From Tubiluchus corallicola (Eukaryota > Animalia > Priapulida): a stretch of DNA of 64,000 nt. The notes beneath the pieces are model-generated. The model was not told where the DNA came from. It saw only the letters and a program-made list of their open reading frames with translations, and made no database searches. Where the stretch lies: positions 372,001 to 436,000 of the forward strand of contig JAQGDQ010002369.1 in the NCBI GenBank assembly GCA_030141605.1, given 5' to 3'. Below, piece by piece: positions 59,620 through 64,000 of this stretch. The translations under genes and the position numbers were made by a program. Position 1 is the stretch's first letter, and each line of letters opens with the position of its first letter.

Positions 59620-61775
59620 TCCTTCTGCAATAAAGACTGCATCGCTTCTTTCAGACCTGTATACCGTTTCAATACCTGATCATTATTGATCGCGATGGCA
59701 ATTGCTTTTTTCGATCCCACAAGAATTACTTTTCTTTTGCCACGGGTGACTGCCGTGTAGATCAAATTTCTGTATAAAAGCTTGAAGTGGCATGTATGGA
59801 CCGGCATCACAATACAGGGACATTCACTGCCCTGATATTTGTGCACCGAGGCCGCATAAGCAAGAATGATCTCATCGAGCTCTGAAAAATCATACTCGAT
59901 CAATCTTCCATCGAATTCGATCCCCATGGTCTGTTCCGTCGCGTCGATTGAGTTAATGAATCCCACATCGCCATTATAGACATTCTTATCGTAATTGTTT
60001 CTGATCTGCATCACCTTGTCTTTGACATGGAAACGTCTGCCGCCACGGAAAAAAGGAGTCTTTGATGGATTGAGAGCCTGCTGCAGGGAGTGATTCAGGT
60101 TCTCAATTCCGATCATTCCCTTTTTCATCGGAGCTAAAACCTGAACATTTCGAACCGGGTTGAACTTCCAAGTCTTCGGGATGTCCTCGCAAACCAACTG
60201 CAGGATTTTTGCATGGATCTGTTCAATATCCTCTTCTTCAAAAAACTGAAAATCACTCCAGACTGCATTCGTTAAAATAGGAAATTCTCCGTGATTGATC
60301 TTATGGGCATTGACGATAATCTTGGAACCTTTGGCCTGCCTGAAGATCTCATTCAGTCTTGTGACGCCCAGCATTTCAGATGCGATCAGGTCCTTAAGTA
60401 CATAACCCGCTCCAATACTCGGCAGCTGATCTATGTCGCCGATGAACAAGATCCGCGTCTCATCAGGAACCGCTTTAAGCAGGTGGAACATCAGTTGTGT
60501 GTCGATCATACTCGCTTCATCGATGATGGTGAGATCGGCATTTAAACGGTTTGTTTCATCCCTTTTAAATTTTCCGGTGCCAAAATCGAATTCTAACAGC
60601 CCATGGATCGTATAAGCTTTCTTAAAGGTGATTTGATTCAACCTTTTGGCCGCACGTCCCGTAGGGGCCGCTAAAATGATCTTATCAGTGATCTTTTGCG
60701 TGATGGTCAGGATGGCTTGAGTGATCGTAGTCTTTCCTGTACCTGGTCCGCCTGTAATGATATGCACTTTTTCACTGACGCCGGCTTCAACGCCTTTCTT
60801 CTGTTCTTCCGCAAGTCCAATGTTGAGCTTTTCCTGAACCCATTCCACTGCTTTTCCCAGGTCGACCGAACGGATGGCAGGGAAATTCTTTTTCAATCTA
60901 GCAAGTTCCTTCGCAATTCCCTGCTCGTAATAATGGAGGGGTCCGACCCAAACAAAAGAACGTCCTTCGATCATTTTTTGATAAAGTTGTTCCTGGTCGA
61001 TCAGTTTTTGGATTCCTTCCTGGACCAGTCGTTCATCCACTTCGAGAATGTTCTGCGACGCCGGAATCAATTCTTCTACGGGATAACAAGTATGCCCATC
61101 AGAGGAAAGCTCCCAAAGCGTATGTTCAATCCCTGCCTCAATCCGTTGAGGAGAGTCCTTTCCCAGACCTAAATGTCCCGCAATTGCATCCGCAGTTTTA
61201 AAACCAATGCCGAAGACATCCTTGGCAAGCTGGTAAGGATTTTCTTTGACCTTTTCAATACTGATATCGCCATACTTCTTATAGATCTTCTGTGCATAGG
61301 AGGGACTGACGCCATGAGATCGTAAAAAGATCATCACAGTTCGGATGGACCGCTGGTCCTGCCAGCTTTGAATGATCTTTTCCAACTTTCTTTCACCGAT
61401 CCCGGTGATCTCCAACAACCTTGCCGGACTCTCATCGAGAACTTGAAGAGTGTCTTTCCCAAAAGTATCTACGATTTTCTCTGCATAGACTGGTCCGATT
61501 CCCTGTACAAGGCCTGATTCCAGATACTTCTGGATGCCCATCACATCTTTAGGCGCTTCGATGCTATGTTCCTTCACTTCGAACTGCCTTCCATGATGGG
61601 GATGCATCTTCCATTCCCCCTTGCAACGGACCGTTTCTCCCGGCTGCAGTGAAGGAATGTATCCAACAATCGTTGTAAGTTCTTCTTTCCGAGGCTCTTT
61701 CAGACGAGCGACTGTGAAACCGTTTTCTGGCTGTGAAAAGACAATGTTCTCGATGAATCCAAAAAGTTCTTCCAT
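59586..61775 (-). CDS. recD2: ATP-dependent RecD2-like helicase
   Basis: TGGPGTGKTT, AAPTGRAAKR, DEASM, HKYQGSE, YTAVTR. Confidence 0.95.
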   Translation of the reverse strand: MEELFGFIENIVFSQPENGFTVARLKEPRKEELTTIVGYIPSLQPGETVRCKGEWKMHPHHGRQFEVKEHSIEAPKDVMGIQKYLESGLVQGIGPVYAEKIVDTFGKDTLQVLDESPARLLEITGIGERKLEKIIQSWQDQRSIRTVMIFLRSHGVSPSYAQKIYKKYGDISIEKVKENPYQLAKDVFGIGFKTADAIAGHLGLGKDSPQRIEAGIEHTLWELSSDGHTCYPVEELIPASQNILEVDERLVQEGIQKLIDQEQLYQKMIEGRSFVWVGPLHYYEQGIAKELARLKKNFPAIRSVDLGKAVEWVQEKLNIGLAEEQKKGVEAGVSEKVHIITGGPGTGKTTITQAILTITQKITDKIILAAPTGRAAKRLNQITFKKAYTIHGLLEFDFGTGKFKRDETNRLNADLTIIDEASMIDTQLMFHLLKAVPDETRILFIGDIDQLPSIGAGYVLKDLIASEMLGVTRLNEIFRQAKGSKIIVNAHKINHGEFPILTNAVWSDFQFFEEEDIEQIHAKILQLVCEDIPKTWKFNPVRNVQVLAPMKKGMIGIENLNHSLQQALNPSKTPFFRGGRRFHVKDKVMQIRNNYDKNVYNGDVGFINSIDATEQTMGIEFDGRLIEYDFSELDEIILAYAASVHKYQGSECPCIVMPVHTCHFKLLYRNLIYTAVTRGKRKVILVGSKKAIAIAINNDQVLKRYTGLKEAMQSLLQKDQETMLPGFSF

Positions 61776-61886
61776 AACCGAGACAACTTATCAGGATAAA
61801 AGATTCCCTTCAATCCACCTTTCTGGAAAGCATTGAAGCTTCTTGCTTTGCATTAAAATAAATGAGTTCTTAGAATGGTCGCTCAT

Positions 61887-61958
61887 TCCGGGTTAGCTCA
61901 GTGGTAGAGCAGTTGACTGTTAATCAATTGGTCGCAGGTTCGAATCCCGCACCCGGAG
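61887..61958 (+). tRNA. tRNA-Asn(GTT)
   Basis: TCCGGGT/ACCCGGA acceptor stem, D loop TAGCTCAGTGGTAGAGC, anticodon loop CTGTTAA, GGTTCGAATCC; CCA not encoded. Confidence 0.96.
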
Positions 61959-61968
61959 TAATAGGGAA

Positions 61969-61998
61969 TGAAGGAGTTGGATTACTCCTGCTCCTTCA
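61969..61998 (+). terminator. hairpin downstream of tRNA-Asn
   Basis: TGAAGGAG...CTCCTTCA inverted repeat; no clear T tail. Confidence 0.4.
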
Positions 61999-62185
61999 AG
62001 TCCCATAGAACTTATCATCAGCTAATTACACTAAAAATTCTTTTCGATTTAACAGAGCCAAACCTGCTTATTTTACTTTCCTTCGATTTCTTATAGGCGA
62101 ATTTCCGTTAAAATACGTGTTTTTTCGTATAGGCTCTTTACCGGAAATCCATTAAAATATCTGTCCTTTAATAAGGAGAGATAAT

Positions 62186-62544
62186 ATGTGTGAAAAAATA
62201 ACCAAATGTCTATCAACAGCTTGCGCCTCAGCGACTGCTCTTGGAGCCGCTGCATGGATGTTACAAGAACCGCTCACTGAGTATATACAGACAGCAGCAA
62301 AAGTCACAGAGCGATTTGGGGAGACCGTGAACGAGGGAACAAAAAAGACCTTTGAAGGCTTTTTTATACAGGAGCTGCAGGAGCATCTGGATACGGATCA
62401 ACGTATTTTGGCGACCGTTATATAGAAAAATGCGACTCACTGACGCAGAGCCTTCCCTGCTTTACGTTTGGCGTTGGGTGCTTCGTACTTGGGGGAGTAG
62501 CTATTATTACTCTAGTTTCATGCTATGAAAACATCAAAAAATAA
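62186..62544 (+). pseudogene. small membrane protein, family member 1 (frameshift in a T run)
   Basis: AAGGAG RBS; shift at the T6 near 62360 leads to YTGAAGASGYGSTYFGDRYIEKCDSL...CYENIKK*. Confidence 0.55.
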
Positions 62545-62553
62545 GGATGATAT

Positions 62554-62954
62554 ATGAATATTACAAATAATCTAAAATATTTTTCTAATGAGCTGGAGTT
62601 GTTTCAAATGGTTAAACAGAGTCAAGACTCTGAATATTCTCGCATAAAAAGCCTTGCAATAATGATCTTCGTTTCAACAGGAGCAACAATTGGATCTGTT
62701 CACTTTGGCGATTGTTATTTTGCGGATATTGTACTCATCTGTATCAAGATATCTCTTGTTTCGGTAATGCTGTAGCGTGTAGTGCATTGGCAGTACTGTC
62801 TATATCTACTTTGGCCTACTTTCTAGCTAAAGAAACTAGCATGGGTTTTAGCAATCAAAGCGAACAGACAAAGACTGTACATTCTCAAAACACGAAGGAA
62901 GATAAAAATTTAGAGTATATTCCAAATAGCGAGGGTACTTTCAACGTCTGTTAA
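62554..62954 (+). pseudogene. small membrane protein, family member 2 (frameshift near 62728)
   Basis: GATIGSVHFGDCYF and CTHLYQDISCFG lie in different frames but are contiguous in member 3. Confidence 0.6.
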
Positions 62955-62989
62955 TCAATTGGTCGCAGGTTCGAATCCCGCACCTGGAG
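62948..62989 (+). repeat. 42-bp direct repeat of the tRNA-Asn 3' part (att-like)
   Basis: Matches 61917-61958 with one mismatch. Confidence 0.92.
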
Positions 62990-63015
62990 CATCTTATGTA
63001 TATGGAGCCCCATTT

Positions 63016-63681
63016 ATGAAAAAGTTACTTTGTTTTCTGTTTGTTTTCTTTTCTCCTTTTACCTTTATTCATAGTGCAGCTTCATTAGACCAGGATGTGG
63101 TGGAACTATTAATCCCAAAGCTCAATAGTGATCGGATCGAATATTTTTTTGGTAGTTTTGGCGTTGAAGTTTTCGAGGATATTCCTGCCCCATTTGCTGA
63201 AAGCAGGGTGAGCAATCTCTTTTCCATTCATAATGATCAGAAAGTCTGTCGAACATTTGCTGTTGTAGATTTTCAACAACCCATGCATGACAGCCTAAGA
63301 CAGGTGCATAAAGAAATCAAAAATGGGACAGCTATTGGTATTGCTCTACGCAAGAGTGGATGGAAGATAGAAAAACGTCCCGTCTATTTTGGTTCTGTTT
63401 CTCTATCATCTCAAATTCAAGCCTTGATGCATGAAAATAATGCAGATCAAGCGGCCGTTCATATCTATAAGCTTGTCATTTCAAAAGAGGGGTTCAATGA
63501 GGGGATTCACTACTGCACGATCATTGAAGTTCAGAATCCACAATATCTGGACTCTTCTTGGCTAAGGTCTTTATATTCTCATCAATATGATGAATATCAG
63601 ACGATTACTGAGGAAGTGAGGGCATTGATGGATTCTTTAAATGAACTGATTAGTAACTTTCCAAGGAATCTTGTCGACTGA
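63016..63681 (+). CDS. secreted hypothetical protein
   Basis: Signal peptide MKKLLCFLFVFFSPFTFIHS; GGAG RBS; LNSDRIEYFFGSFGVEV. Confidence 0.75.
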   Translation: MKKLLCFLFVFFSPFTFIHSAASLDQDVVELLIPKLNSDRIEYFFGSFGVEVFEDIPAPFAESRVSNLFSIHNDQKVCRTFAVVDFQQPMHDSLRQVHKEIKNGTAIGIALRKSGWKIEKRPVYFGSVSLSSQIQALMHENNADQAAVHIYKLVISKEGFNEGIHYCTIIEVQNPQYLDSSWLRSLYSHQYDEYQTITEEVRALMDSLNELISNFPRNLVD

Positions 63682-63757
63682 AGGCTTTTCTAGAATGATG
63701 TTAAATCAATTGCTCTAATTTCATGCTATGAAAACATTAAAAAATAAGGAACAACAT

Positions 63758-64000
63758 ATGAAAATAGAAAATAATCTAAAATCTTTTTCTAGAAATTTGG
63801 AATTAGTCTAAACTATCAAGCAAAATCATGAGTTCGAAGATTCACGCATGAAAAATCTTGCAAAAATGATTCTCATTTCTGCAGGTGCTGCAATCGGAGC
63901 CACTTATTTCGGTGATTATCATATAGATGAATGTACTCATCTGTATCTAGATATCTCTTGATTCAGTAGTGGTGTAGCATCTTTTGCACTAACAATGCTA
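63758..64000 (+). pseudogene. small membrane protein, family member 3 (two nonsense codons; runs off the window)
   Basis: MKIENNLKSFSRNLELV*TIKQ...GAAIGATYFGDYHIDECTHLYLDIS*FSSG; paralog of 62554..62954. Confidence 0.6.

Noticed and set aside
19018-61836. Many short antisense or alternative-frame ORFs inside ftsH, pnp, ffh, MFS genes, metG and recD2
   Set aside because: Shadow ORFs of well-supported genes with no motifs or RBS support
62948-62989. Second tRNA-Asn gene, and the ORF start at 62959
   Set aside because: No 5' acceptor strand or D arm; the ORF extension merely translates the repeat, and the likely start is 63016

Overview
Chromosomal window from an environmental Chlamydiae-like bacterium. 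The assignment rests on gene order recalled from Chlamydia: lptG-lptF-tilS-ftsH / pnp-rpsO-tadA and rpmE-prfA-prmC-ffh-rpsP-trmD-rplS-rnhB ... gmk-rpoZ-metG-recD2. Intact core genes are interleaved with accessory blocks. (1) 1-13 kb: small paralogous secreted/membrane genes with a duplicated palindromic operator, three LuxR-type genes, and a compact biosynthetic-like cluster (stand-alone adenylation enzyme, SAM methyltransferase, MFS, AdmH/EncP-type phenylalanine aminomutase/ammonia-lyase, two methylesterase-like hydrolases, signal-peptide-bearing glutamine synthetase). (2) A TnpB-only IS200/IS605-type element that appears to have cut lptG off from its start codon and supplies a new in-frame ATG from its right end. 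(3) About 11.5 kb between ftsH and pnp: three ankyrin-like genes, two NCS1-like permeases, a decayed second copy of the pnp 3' end (att-like), an IS66 remnant and an inverted copy of the LuxR pair. (4) Six tandem MHS/ProP-like MFS transporters. (5) tRNA-Asn with a downstream 42-bp att-like repeat and decaying paralogs. Many accessory genes carry single nonsense or 1-nt indel lesions. All family calls come from motif reading and recall; no database searches were run.
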